NCBI GenBank assembly: GCA_963804165.1 | Contig: CAWDPO010000036.1 | Span: forward strand, 1-64,000 | Length of the DNA: 64,000 bases | Origin: an uncultured delta proteobacterium | Lineage (GTDB): Bacteria; Desulfobacterota; Binatia; UBA9968 | Direction: 5' to 3' | In this document: positions 32,284-41,158 of the stretch, in pieces | Layout: every line of letters begins with the position of its first letter | Numbering within the stretch: the first letter of the stretch is position 1 | The notes under the pieces: generated by a model | What the model saw: the letters and a program-made list of their open reading frames with translations, nothing else | Told to the model about the DNA's origin: nothing | The model's database searches: none | Translations under genes and position numbers: made by a program

Positions 32284-33252
32284 CTACGCTGCCAATTCCA
32301 CCGACGTGACGAAAGGCAATCCGCTCACGACTTCGCGGACGCCGGCGTCGTCGATCAGCAGCAACGAGCCGTCGGAAGTGCCCGCCACCATGCCGTTGCC
32401 TTCGGGAGCGGGGCACATGTGCATGACGCCGCCTTTCAGGTTGTCGGTGATTTTCTCCCAGGTTGCGCCCTTATCGCCGCTGCGAAAGATCGCCGCGATC
32501 GCGCCTTCGTCACGCAGCCATAGATTCGGCCGTCCTTTTGCGGCGCCAAGATAAACAACCCCTCTTTCGTCCTCGGCGACGCAGATGCCGTAATCGTGGC
32601 TGGTCGTTGAGTTGTTTTCCCAGTGGGCTGCACGATCCAAACTGCGGAACGAAGCTTCGCCGCACGCCGCATAAACCATCCCTGGATTTGCTTCGCTGGG
32701 GAGCACCTCGTGCACGTCCATATCGGTCAGTCCTTCGTTCGCCGGCTGCCAGCTGTAACCGCTATCGTCGCTGATCAGCATGCCGCCCACTTCGATGCCG
32801 GCATAGAGCCGCGCCGGGGCCACCGGATCATAGGCAAGATAACGCGCACGCGATTGTAGCTCAGGACTCGGCGGAAAATTCGCTCCCGCGCTGTTTTTGC
32901 GCACGCCTTCGAGTTCTTCCCAGCCGCCGTTCTTGCTGCGATAAACCGCTGAAGGAATCGTTCCCACCATGACGCCGCCATTGAGCGCCAGCGCCGAGAA
33001 GAGCATCATCCTTGGAGTATTCGGCTCCGACCGCTTCCAATCCTTTCCCGCATTTTCCGTATAGAATAGCCCGGAGTGCTCGCTACCGGCATAGATCTTT
33101 TGGGGATTGTCCGGATCGATGGACATGCAGGTCAGGGTCCAATAGGTCAAATCGCGCTTGGTTTGCCGAAATGCTTTGCCGTCTTGCTCGAAGCGATACC
33201 ATCCGGAAAAGGTGGCGACGTGGAGGGCTTTCTTGCCGTTTGATCCAGCCAT
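32284..33252 (-). CDS. BNR/Asp-box beta-propeller protein
   Basis: Repeated SxDxGxSW/TW motifs; no signal peptide. Confidence 0.75.
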   Translation of the reverse strand: MAGSNGKKALHVATFSGWYRFEQDGKAFRQTKRDLTYWTLTCMSIDPDNPQKIYAGSEHSGLFYTENAGKDWKRSEPNTPRMMLFSALALNGGVMVGTIPSAVYRSKNGGWEELEGVRKNSAGANFPPSPELQSRARYLAYDPVAPARLYAGIEVGGMLISDDSGYSWQPANEGLTDMDVHEVLPSEANPGMVYAACGEASFRSLDRAAHWENNSTTSHDYGICVAEDERGVVYLGAAKGRPNLWLRDEGAIAAIFRSGDKGATWEKITDNLKGGVMHMCPAPEGNGMVAGTSDGSLLLIDDAGVREVVSGLPFVTSVELAA

Positions 33253-33338
33253 AGTAATCTCCTTTGACGATTTACCGCGAGAATTTATGTTTCTTTTAAC
33301 TCCTTCTGGGTGATTTTCGCAAACGGGGGGACAGCAGA

Positions 33339-33743
33339 TTAAGCTTTGGCCCTGAGCTCGAACTGAACCTGTTGAATCGCCTCTTCAAGCCAAAGGTGAA
33401 AACGTTTGGCGGCAGGTGCGTCGCCAAACTCGCGTGACCTCGCCTGCAAGAGGATATCAAGCGTCGTTGCCCTCGCGAATGTGACGAGACCATCCAGAGC
33501 CTCCTGCCAAACTTCTTCTGCCTCATCGTTCAGAGCTTCAGCCAAAATGGGTATGACAGCGTCCTCGCGGCGTTCCCAGGCGGCTTTGATTAAAAAAGCC
33601 CGAACATCGGGCTGCGGTTCACCGCGGAAGACGTCGATGATCGCCGGCAACACCTCGCCCGTCATCTCGATCAGCCTAAAGAATGCGGTCTCCGTATCGC
33701 CGCGGCGAAATTGTTCGACCGCGGCTCTGACTTCCATTTGCAT
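33339..33743 (-). CDS. HEAT-repeat protein
   Basis: VIPILAEALNDEAEEVWQEALDGL. Confidence 0.65.
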   Translation of the reverse strand: MQMEVRAAVEQFRRGDTETAFFRLIEMTGEVLPAIIDVFRGEPQPDVRAFLIKAAWERREDAVIPILAEALNDEAEEVWQEALDGLVTFARATTLDILLQARSREFGDAPAAKRFHLWLEEAIQQVQFELRAKA

Positions 33744-33749
33744 CGACGT

Positions 33750-34382
33750 TCAGCGAGCCAAGATATCGATCAGCTCTTTCGAGTCGACGATTTCGGCGAA
33801 ACGCTCCATGCGCGTGAGTGCGGCGTTGTGGCCTTCCTCGGTGTAGGTGCCGACGCAGTCGCGCGGGATAACCATGAAGTAGCTGCGGTTGAAACCTTCG
33901 CGCACCGTCGCTTCGACACCGCCGTCGGTGGTGCAACCGATCATCACGATGGTGGTGATGCCGAGATTGCTCATGATCGTTTCGAACTCATTGCCGATAA
34001 ACATCGTCGGACGGCGCTTGTCGATCACCGTATCTTCGGGTCGCGGTTTAAATGGCTCCATAATATTCCAACCAAAGCTGCCGTGTAGGCGGCGCGGCTT
34101 GAGTTTGCTCGGATGATCGACCTTTTGATCTTTCATGCCGCGACGGATCCAGACCGCCGCTTCGTCCTTCCATAGAAAAGGCGTCTGCCGCGTGTACACG
34201 ATTTTTATCTGTGCCTTTGCAGCCGCATCGATCAGCGGCGGAGCATTGCGAATCAAAGCGTCTTTGTTAAACGAGCCGCCGGCTTGGTCGTTTTGCATGT
34301 CCCAGACTAAAAGCACGGTGCGCTTGGGATCGACGATGTCACTTAGTTCATTCGGTATCTGTCTGCTTTCGAATTCGAGCAT
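33750..34382 (-). CDS. Cysteine hydrolase (isochorismatase family)
   Basis: LLVWDMQND, IDKRR and GCTTDGGVEATVR; the usual catalytic Cys position appears to be Gly. Confidence 0.85.
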   Translation of the reverse strand: MLEFESRQIPNELSDIVDPKRTVLLVWDMQNDQAGGSFNKDALIRNAPPLIDAAAKAQIKIVYTRQTPFLWKDEAAVWIRRGMKDQKVDHPSKLKPRRLHGSFGWNIMEPFKPRPEDTVIDKRRPTMFIGNEFETIMSNLGITTIVMIGCTTDGGVEATVREGFNRSYFMVIPRDCVGTYTEEGHNAALTRMERFAEIVDSKELIDILAR

Positions 34383-34396
34383 TTTCCCTCCCTATA

Positions 34397-35398
34397 TTAT
34401 CGGACCAATCCAAGATCCTTACGCACCCGGTCGAGAAAGCTAAAGTCGACCACTTGCTCCACGCTGACCGGCCGCGCAACTTTTGCGTTGGTGCGCATGA
34501 GTTCGATCAAATACTGGACTTCCTCGTTCGTCACCCGCGCTTCCTTCGTGACGACGCGCAGCGAATAGCCGAGCATTTGCTCGGCCAGCTTGCTGTCGCT
34601 GACTTTGTGCTGCTTCATGATGATCTGCACGACCTCGTCGCGGTTCTTGGGCTCGGACAGGAACAGCAAGCCGCGCAGCGATGCGCGCACCATGCGATAG
34701 ATCTCATCCGGGTTTTCGCGAATTTTGCGTTCGGTGGCGCCGAACCCGTTTTGTGGAAATTGCGCGATGTCGCCCATGAACGTCAGCTCGTTGTATCCCT
34801 TCGCCTTGGCGAAAATCACCGCCGGCACCGGGAGCACCGTCGCATCCACCACGCCGCTCTCCATGGCGGCAAAACGACTCGAAGTCGAACCTCCCATGGG
34901 AAGCACTCCAGCATCCTTTTCCGGATCAAGACCGTAGTGCCGCAGGACTTCCTTCGCGAGAATCGTCGCCGTGCCACCCGGCGAACTGCCCGCGATCTTC
35001 TTTCCTTTGAGATCGCGCGGATCTTTAATCTCCTTGCGGCTGACTAAAAAGAGCAGCGGCTTGCCGACAGTGACAATTAAGAGTTTCATCGGGCTGCCCT
35101 GAACAGCGGCGCCGACTACGCCGGTGACTGCGCCATTAATTTCGATCTGGCCGGTCAAGGCCGCCGAGTTGACGACGTTGGTCGGCATCAGGACGATCTC
35201 AAGATCGATACCTTCGTCTTTGTAATAGCCTTTGTGATACGCAACTTGGAGCGGCAGGTAACCCACGTGCGTTTCGGATACGCCGATGCGGACTTTTTTC
35301 GGGTTGGTTTGGGCCTCGGCTGAAGGAGAGCCGGTAACGAGGGCCGCAATGATCGTGAGAGAGAAGACCACGGCTTTTAAGTCGACGCGAAATTTCAT
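34397..35398 (-). CDS. NMT1/TauA-like substrate-binding protein
   Basis: Signal peptide; KGYYKDEGIDLE, DLKGKKIA and VDFSFL motifs. Confidence 0.88.
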   Translation of the reverse strand: MKFRVDLKAVVFSLTIIAALVTGSPSAEAQTNPKKVRIGVSETHVGYLPLQVAYHKGYYKDEGIDLEIVLMPTNVVNSAALTGQIEINGAVTGVVGAAVQGSPMKLLIVTVGKPLLFLVSRKEIKDPRDLKGKKIAGSSPGGTATILAKEVLRHYGLDPEKDAGVLPMGGSTSSRFAAMESGVVDATVLPVPAVIFAKAKGYNELTFMGDIAQFPQNGFGATERKIRENPDEIYRMVRASLRGLLFLSEPKNRDEVVQIIMKQHKVSDSKLAEQMLGYSLRVVTKEARVTNEEVQYLIELMRTNAKVARPVSVEQVVDFSFLDRVRKDLGLVR

Positions 35399-35430
35399 CG
35401 CTATCTCCTCATGTCTTCGGCGCATTCAGC

Positions 35431-36432
35431 CTATCTTGTGCCGCGCAGTTCTTTGCGCGCTCTGTCGAGGAAACTGAAATCGACGACCTGGGCGGAGCTG
35501 AGGGGCTGCGTAACGTTGGAAGTTTCGCGCGTCAAGTCGATGAAGTACTGCACCGCTTCCGGAGTGACGACAGCGTCTTTGGCCAAACCGCGCTTCAAGT
35601 ATCCCAACATCTCTCCGGCGAGTTTGGTGTCGTCGACGCGCCATTGTTTCATCATGGTGTCGCGCGCCAGATCGCGGGTCGCCTCGTCCGTGACGAACAG
35701 CAAGCCGCGCAAGGTGGCGCGCACCATTTTATAGACTTCTTCGGGCTGCTGTTGGATCCGCGTCACCGACGTGCCAAATCCGTTCTGTGGAAAACTGACC
35801 ACGTCGCCCAGGAAGATCAGCTCGTTATAGCCCTTGTGGAGCGCGATAATATTTTCCGGCACAGACAGCAGCGAGGCGTCCACAACGCCTTGCTCCAACA
35901 CGGCCAGGCGCCCGGCGCCCGAACCCCCCATCGGCAAGACCTGCACGTCTTTCCCCGGTTCGAGACCGAAGTGTTTGAGCGCCTGATAAGCGAGAATCGT
36001 CGCCGAGCCGCCGGGGGAGCTGCCGGCAACCTTCTTGCCTCTGAGATCACGCGGGTCTTTGATCTCCTTGCGACTCATAAAAGACTGCAGCGGCTTTGCG
36101 ACCGTAAAGATCAAAATCTTCGCCGGGTAATTTCTCGCCGCGGCGAGTGCCAAACCCGTGAGCCCAGCGCTGTAGTCGATCTCGCCCTTGAAAAATGCAT
36201 TGTTCGCGGCGGCGAGGGACATCAGGATGATCTCGAGATCGATGCCTTCGTCGCGATAGAAACCACGATGGTAGGCGGCGTAAATGGGCAGAAAGCCGAC
36301 GCTGGTTGCGGCGATGCCCAGACGAACCTTTTTAAGATTGGACTGTGCGTCAGTGTTTGACGGCGTGAGCGCCGCATAAAAAAGTGCAAAGTAACAAATC
36401 AATGCTCGTGCGCGGTAACTACATTGAGGCAT
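35431..36432 (-). CDS. NMT1/TauA-like substrate-binding protein (tandem paralogue)
   Basis: Shares SRKEIKDPRDL, GSSPGG, FPQNGFG and VDFSFLDR with its neighbour. Confidence 0.88.
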   Translation of the reverse strand: MPQCSYRARALICYFALFYAALTPSNTDAQSNLKKVRLGIAATSVGFLPIYAAYHRGFYRDEGIDLEIILMSLAAANNAFFKGEIDYSAGLTGLALAAARNYPAKILIFTVAKPLQSFMSRKEIKDPRDLRGKKVAGSSPGGSATILAYQALKHFGLEPGKDVQVLPMGGSGAGRLAVLEQGVVDASLLSVPENIIALHKGYNELIFLGDVVSFPQNGFGTSVTRIQQQPEEVYKMVRATLRGLLFVTDEATRDLARDTMMKQWRVDDTKLAGEMLGYLKRGLAKDAVVTPEAVQYFIDLTRETSNVTQPLSSAQVVDFSFLDRARKELRGTR

Positions 36433-36480
36433 GGGCTCGCCAGCGCCTTACTTCTTTTCCCTCGCGAGACCGGCCCTCGA

Positions 36481-36562
36481 TGTCATTCTGAGCCGGAGGC
36501 GAAGAATCTCGGCTTCGTCACTATCTGAAAACACAGGATGCTTCGCGTTGCGCAGCATGACA
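36481..36562. repeat. REP-like palindromic element (TGTCAT...ATGACA family), empty copy
   Basis: TGTCATTCTGAGCCGGAGGCGAAGAATCT ... GGATGCTTCGCGTTGCGCAGCATGACA. Confidence 0.8.
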
Positions 36563-36644
36563 TTCATGTGATCGTCGCGATTCGACATAGTGCGGTTAGA
36601 GGAGCAAATAAGTGCTTGCTGGCCAATTCTTCATTGGCAATGTG

Positions 36645-37820
36645 CTACCTCGCGTGGTGACCGTACAGATAGTGCTGCCGTAAGAGATCCTTTCCGTAGT
36701 CGTTGCCGTTGGGCGTGCGCACGATGACATGGATATGATCTTTGTACGGCTTGGTCTTTTCGCGGAAAGCGATGCCGCGCTGGTGGTCGAACTCGACGAT
36801 GATCACAGGGCTTTGGACCCGGTAGTAGAACGTACTGTCGTCCGCCATGCCGCCCATCCAGCAAAAATAAGTGTTCTTGAGATGCTGCTTCACTTCTTCC
36901 ATCTTCAGTTGGGCATGCCCGCTGCGCATGCGCGCGACGTGGTATGCGACGAGATCGAGCAGGAGGTCGTGTTGCTGGCTGGACAATTCACCGTAGCGGA
37001 TACCGCTGTAGTCGAGCACCAGGTTGTCGCGGAAAGCCGTGGTAAAATCCTGGCCCGCGGTCTCCGGAGCGATGACCGTCTTGGCGCGCTGCGCGTCCGA
37101 AAGGGTGCGCGCCAAGGCGCGGCCACGATCTTCGTCGTCTTTGAAAATTTTCAAGCCGGCGTACTTTCCCGTTGTGGCGTGCACAGGTTCCGCGCCGAGA
37201 AATGTCGGCGTGACGACGACCTGATCGCCGAGCACGAAATAATTGATGATCAGATGGTGGCCATCCCATTGCCAGCCCCACGGTGCCGTCGCCGAAGGAT
37301 TGCCCATGATACTCAGCCAGTAGAGGTCCTCGCCGTATTCACTAAGCCTGCCGGTCATTTCCAGCACCGTCTCGTTCAGGTGCATGATATTGAGGGCTTC
37401 TTCGAAACCGTCCCGGCTCAAGCTCTCACGCAGCAGCGCGAAAGCATGGTCGCGTTGAATGTCATTCATCTCGAACAGCGGCGTGCCATGGCGCATGAGA
37501 GTCGGATGAATGTTACTCCACTTGCGCCATTGGTCGGTATCAATAGGAAAAAGTGTTTTGGCGCGCTGCTCAGAATTCAGCGATCCCAGGAATGCCTCTG
37601 CAGCTTCTCGAATCGTCTGCGTCGAAGCGCCGGTTTTTTGAATCCCGTACAAACCGGGAATGACCATGCCGTCGCTGGTGATGCCCTTGAAAGGCTCGGC
37701 CGCAGCCACGAGAGATTTCTCCACATAGTCTGGTCCTCCGCCTTTGGTGTGGAGCGGTCGATTGGGACCGCGCTCGGTGCACGTTTCGGACAAGCCGCGT
37801 GTGCGTGGATCGCTGCTCAT
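36645..37820 (-). CDS. DUF3500 family protein
   Basis: RKWSN, PWGWQWDGHHL, TPTFLGAEP, YYRVQSP and HIHVIVRTPNGNDYG motifs. Confidence 0.88.
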   Translation of the reverse strand: MSSDPRTRGLSETCTERGPNRPLHTKGGGPDYVEKSLVAAAEPFKGITSDGMVIPGLYGIQKTGASTQTIREAAEAFLGSLNSEQRAKTLFPIDTDQWRKWSNIHPTLMRHGTPLFEMNDIQRDHAFALLRESLSRDGFEEALNIMHLNETVLEMTGRLSEYGEDLYWLSIMGNPSATAPWGWQWDGHHLIINYFVLGDQVVVTPTFLGAEPVHATTGKYAGLKIFKDDEDRGRALARTLSDAQRAKTVIAPETAGQDFTTAFRDNLVLDYSGIRYGELSSQQHDLLLDLVAYHVARMRSGHAQLKMEEVKQHLKNTYFCWMGGMADDSTFYYRVQSPVIIVEFDHQRGIAFREKTKPYKDHIHVIVRTPNGNDYGKDLLRQHYLYGHHAR

Positions 37821-37901
37821 AGCTTTGATTCTCCTCGTGCCTTTTCGGTGCGTATCCGGAGTTCTTCTTAGTGCCGGAGCGGAACGGAAGTCAAGAATAG
37901 A

Positions 37902-38111
37902 TTAGCGGGCGGGGCCGGTTGACTCGTACTCTTCGAGCGCGCCGGGAGCCGGGCAGAAAGGCAAACAGTCGCCGCAGCCGGTGCATTCCTGCTCCAGCAC
38001 TTCGTACATGTGATGGATGTCCTGCATCTTCGGGTGGACAGCGTGCTCGGGGCAGACTTCGCGGCAGAGGCCGCAGGCGATGCAGAGGCTTTCGACGATT
38101 CTGACTTTCAT
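37902..38111 (-). CDS. 2x[4Fe-4S] ferredoxin
   Basis: CIACGLCREVCP and CTGCGDCLPFCP. Confidence 0.9.
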   Translation of the reverse strand: MKVRIVESLCIACGLCREVCPEHAVHPKMQDIHHMYEVLEQECTGCGDCLPFCPAPGALEEYESTGPAR

Positions 38112-38329
38112 GGTTGGTTGAGTGGAGAGTTCATGCCTCGATAAGGTTAGCACGAACGGAAAAAATCATTCGCAAAATAATCCGTTCACGCCGAGCTTGT
38201 CGAAGCGTTCTTCCTATTTCGATCCGCCTCTGCCTGAGCAGTTGATCGGCTAGTGACTTGCCGTGAATTTCCGCAGTTTGAATCATCAATCGTTTAATTC
38301 TGTGATTTCACTCCGAGACTGTGTCGCAA

Positions 38330-38404
38330 TGTCATCCTGAGGCGACAGCCGAAGGATCTCGCTTTCGCAAGTCGCTGCAAAGACGAGATGCTTCGCATTG
38401 CTCA
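38330..38404. repeat. Left part of a REP-like element interrupted by the IS110 element
   Basis: TGTCATCCTGAGGCGACAGCCGAAGGATCTC...GAGATGCTTCGCATTGC-TCA; continues as TCA-GCATGACA at 39718-39728. Confidence 0.85.
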
Positions 38405-38609
38405 TCTATGAAAGCTTTGTCAAGGTGGCTGATATTCACATATCGATATTCCGTCAAAGGTTTTGAACAAACTTACTCATATCGTCCGTAGTCCTGCGCA
38501 CCCGATGTTATCGGACTCATCTATTCGCCGTCTAAAGCGGCAGAGGAAAATGCCACAGGGCTGTCGCAATCAGCATTCGAGCCTTGTTTGGCTCATGAGC
38601 GAAACGCGC
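38405..38609 (-). ncRNA. Putative bridge/seek RNA in the downstream non-coding end of the IS
   Basis: Segments matching target and donor junctions flank hairpins (see findings); transcript ends unknown. Confidence 0.7.
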
Positions 38610-39650
38610 TTAGCCCCGCGTGGACGACATCGGTTCCCGATAGGACTCTCCCTTCTTAAGCATCCAGAAAGCCGCCTCGGCCAAGTGTCGGGCGACCGCC
38701 ACAATCGCTTTGCCATGACCGCGCCTGGCTTTGACGTTTTCATACAGCCGGCTGATATGTCGGTACTGGCAGCGCTCGCGGTTGAGCACCGCGCTGTTGG
38801 CCGCCTCGACGAAGGCCCACTTGAGATACAGGTTCACATCTTTGCGCACCCGCCCGTAGCGGATCTTGCCGCCACTGGAGTTCTCTCGCGGTACCAGTCC
38901 CGCATAGCTCGCCAACTGTTCGGCTCGGCCAAAGCGTTCGATGGTGCCGATCTCAGTCCAAATCACCACCGCCAGCATTTCACCGACCCCCGGCTCACTC
39001 TTCAAGTAGGTCGTCTGGGGGCAGGGAGCAAACGCTGCTTGCATCTTTGCTTCGATGACCTTGAGATTGGCTTGTACATGATCGAGTTCGTCAAGCATCA
39101 ACTTCAGCGCTTCGCCGGTATGAGGGGGCAGTTTAGCCAGCAGTCCTTCGAGGATCTGTCGTCCCTGCTTGCCAAAGGCGTCGCTGATTCCGTCCACCTT
39201 AAAGCCGTACTTACTTATAGTGGCGTGAATCCGATTCTTGAGTTGGGTGCGTTGATTGCTCAACACCATGCGGGTGCGCGGCAACTCCCGAGCGTCGCGC
39301 ACCGCGGACGGGGGAATCCAGACCGTCGGCAGGGTTCCTGCCCTCTGCAAACGGTTCATTCCTTTGGCATCCAACTTATCGCTCTTGTTGACGCTGCCGA
39401 TCATCAGCTTGGCCAAGCGTGCATTGACCAGTTGCGGACTCCCTTTTCCAGCTTCGATCTCATCGACTACCCAGTACCAGTTCCCAACCGTCTCCACCGC
39501 CACGGGAGTTCCGGGATTCCACTTCTTGGTAAAGTTCTCGATGGTTCCACCAACGTGCGCGAGTTTGCACTCATAGAGCTTATCGCCCTTGTCGTTTTCC
39601 ACTCGCGCCCAGCTGTAGTGCTTGTGAACATCCAATGCAATGTATTCCAT
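38610..39650 (-). CDS. IS110 family DEDD recombinase/transposase
   Basis: IALDVHK, VAVET and KSDKLDA (DEDD RuvC-like); PGVG and GLVPRENSSGGK (catalytic Ser); KAIVAVARHL; GAAGGAGG RBS. Confidence 0.95.
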   Translation of the reverse strand: MEYIALDVHKHYSWARVENDKGDKLYECKLAHVGGTIENFTKKWNPGTPVAVETVGNWYWVVDEIEAGKGSPQLVNARLAKLMIGSVNKSDKLDAKGMNRLQRAGTLPTVWIPPSAVRDARELPRTRMVLSNQRTQLKNRIHATISKYGFKVDGISDAFGKQGRQILEGLLAKLPPHTGEALKLMLDELDHVQANLKVIEAKMQAAFAPCPQTTYLKSEPGVGEMLAVVIWTEIGTIERFGRAEQLASYAGLVPRENSSGGKIRYGRVRKDVNLYLKWAFVEAANSAVLNRERCQYRHISRLYENVKARRGHGKAIVAVARHLAEAAFWMLKKGESYREPMSSTRG

Positions 39651-39830
39651 TTGCGATTTCCTCCTTCACCCGCCAGTCTAGTCACTGACGCTGTGGATTC
39701 CATCGCTTTCATATTAATCAGCATGACACTAATGGTCGCTCGTTGGTTGCGGCACAGAAGGGGAGAAGGTCGGAGCAATCCGTACGATCAAATTCTCGCA
39801 CTGTGGCCAACCTTTGCCTTTCCTCGTCAC

Positions 39831-40949
39831 TCAGCTCGCCGCCAAAAGTCGCTCGTGGCCCTTCTTCGAAATCGGCGCGAGTTGGGATGTGACCAACGAC
39901 CAGTTTTCGCCGTTATCCTCGCTGCAGTATACCTCGCCGCCGGTGGTGCCGCCGAAAATGGAGCAGTTACCGTTCGATTCTTCAAGACAGAGCGCGCCGA
40001 ACTCATGTTTCAAACTCTCCGGCAATCCGCCGCCAAGCCGTTGCCAGTTTTTTCCGCCATCTTTGCTGCGGTAGATTTTCCCTTCCGCGCGCGCCGCCAG
40101 ACCGGCCTTTCGCCACGTCGTCGGGTTGTGCTCCGCGGCGGCGACGAACATGAGATCGGGATTTTTCGGATTCCACGTGAACCCGTCGGGATAAACGTCC
40201 GCCGCCCAATCCGGGCTCATCCAGCGTTCCCAACTGCCGCCACCGGTATTGGTGACGTACAGTCCTGCGCCGCCCGTGACATAGATTCTTTGCGGATCGC
40301 GAGGATCGATCAAACAGCGGTGCACATCGTAGAAATGTTCGACGGGACGATTTTTATCCGTGAGCAACCCAACCGTATTCAACTCCGTCCAACTCTCTCC
40401 CTCATCGGTGCTTTTCAAAAACGCACCTTGCTCGATGCAAGCATAGATGGTTTTCGAATCTTTGGGATCGAAGGTGATGAATTTCGTGTGTGCCACGTGC
40501 GGCGCCGCTGGAAAAGTCCATTGGGAAACCGTCGGCACGGAGCGGAGCGACGGGATTTCATTCCAATGCAGCCCCAAGTCTTCACTGACGAATAAGTGGG
40601 CCGGCTGGGTGCCGGCGTACACGCGGACTTTGCCGTTGACGACGTTGGACGCCAAGCTGTAAACGTCGTGGATCGGGATGCCGTTGTCGCGGCGTTCCCA
40701 AGTTTTGCCGCCGTCGGTGCTCGCGTGAACAGAGCCGAAAAATGCGCCGGCGAACATGGTGCCGCTCGTGCGCTCGAAGATGATTGCGCTGATATGCTGG
40801 CCGCGCAGCGCGCGCTGGGCTTCACGCCACCTGCCGTTAGTTTCACGCTCGAAGAGCGCCAACCCGTCTTGGGTTCCGACCCAGAGTTGCTGCGACCGTT
40901 CGCTTGACGAGTAAACGTTTGTGCCGCCATGAGAAAGTCCGACCGCCAT
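39831..40949 (-). CDS. BNR/Asp-box beta-propeller protein
   Basis: STDGGKTW, SEDLGLHW, STDEGESW, SKDGGKNW and SEDNGENW repeats. Confidence 0.8.
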   Translation of the reverse strand: MAVGLSHGGTNVYSSSERSQQLWVGTQDGLALFERETNGRWREAQRALRGQHISAIIFERTSGTMFAGAFFGSVHASTDGGKTWERRDNGIPIHDVYSLASNVVNGKVRVYAGTQPAHLFVSEDLGLHWNEIPSLRSVPTVSQWTFPAAPHVAHTKFITFDPKDSKTIYACIEQGAFLKSTDEGESWTELNTVGLLTDKNRPVEHFYDVHRCLIDPRDPQRIYVTGGAGLYVTNTGGGSWERWMSPDWAADVYPDGFTWNPKNPDLMFVAAAEHNPTTWRKAGLAARAEGKIYRSKDGGKNWQRLGGGLPESLKHEFGALCLEESNGNCSIFGGTTGGEVYCSEDNGENWSLVTSQLAPISKKGHERLLAAS

Positions 40950-41158
40950 AAATCACCTCCGGCTAAGGATTGAGTGTCTTTTTGAGCAAGACTTGCTCGA
41001 ACAGTTTGCACTGTATCAACCGCGCTTCTTCGCCGTCAATGGGTTGTTTTGCGCTGGTCGTGCCGGAGGCCAATCGAATTATGTGAGCGATTTAAATCTG
41101 ACCTTCCGGGTGCCACAGGACTGGGCGCAACCCTATGCAGACGCCGACTCATGCCTGG

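Larger units (their letters stand above)
38402..39720 (-). mobile_element. IS110-family insertion sequence (IS1111-type architecture)
   Basis: TCA core at both junctions (38402-38404, 39718-39720); sub-terminal inverted repeats TATGAAAGC (38407-38415, 39705-39713); short upstream end, ~200 bp downstream end; removal restores the REP. Confidence 0.9.

Noticed and set aside
38463-40595. 710-aa plus-strand ORF
   Set aside because: Antisense shadow of the IS110 recombinase and the beta-propeller gene; it crosses the IS boundary and has no recognisable motifs
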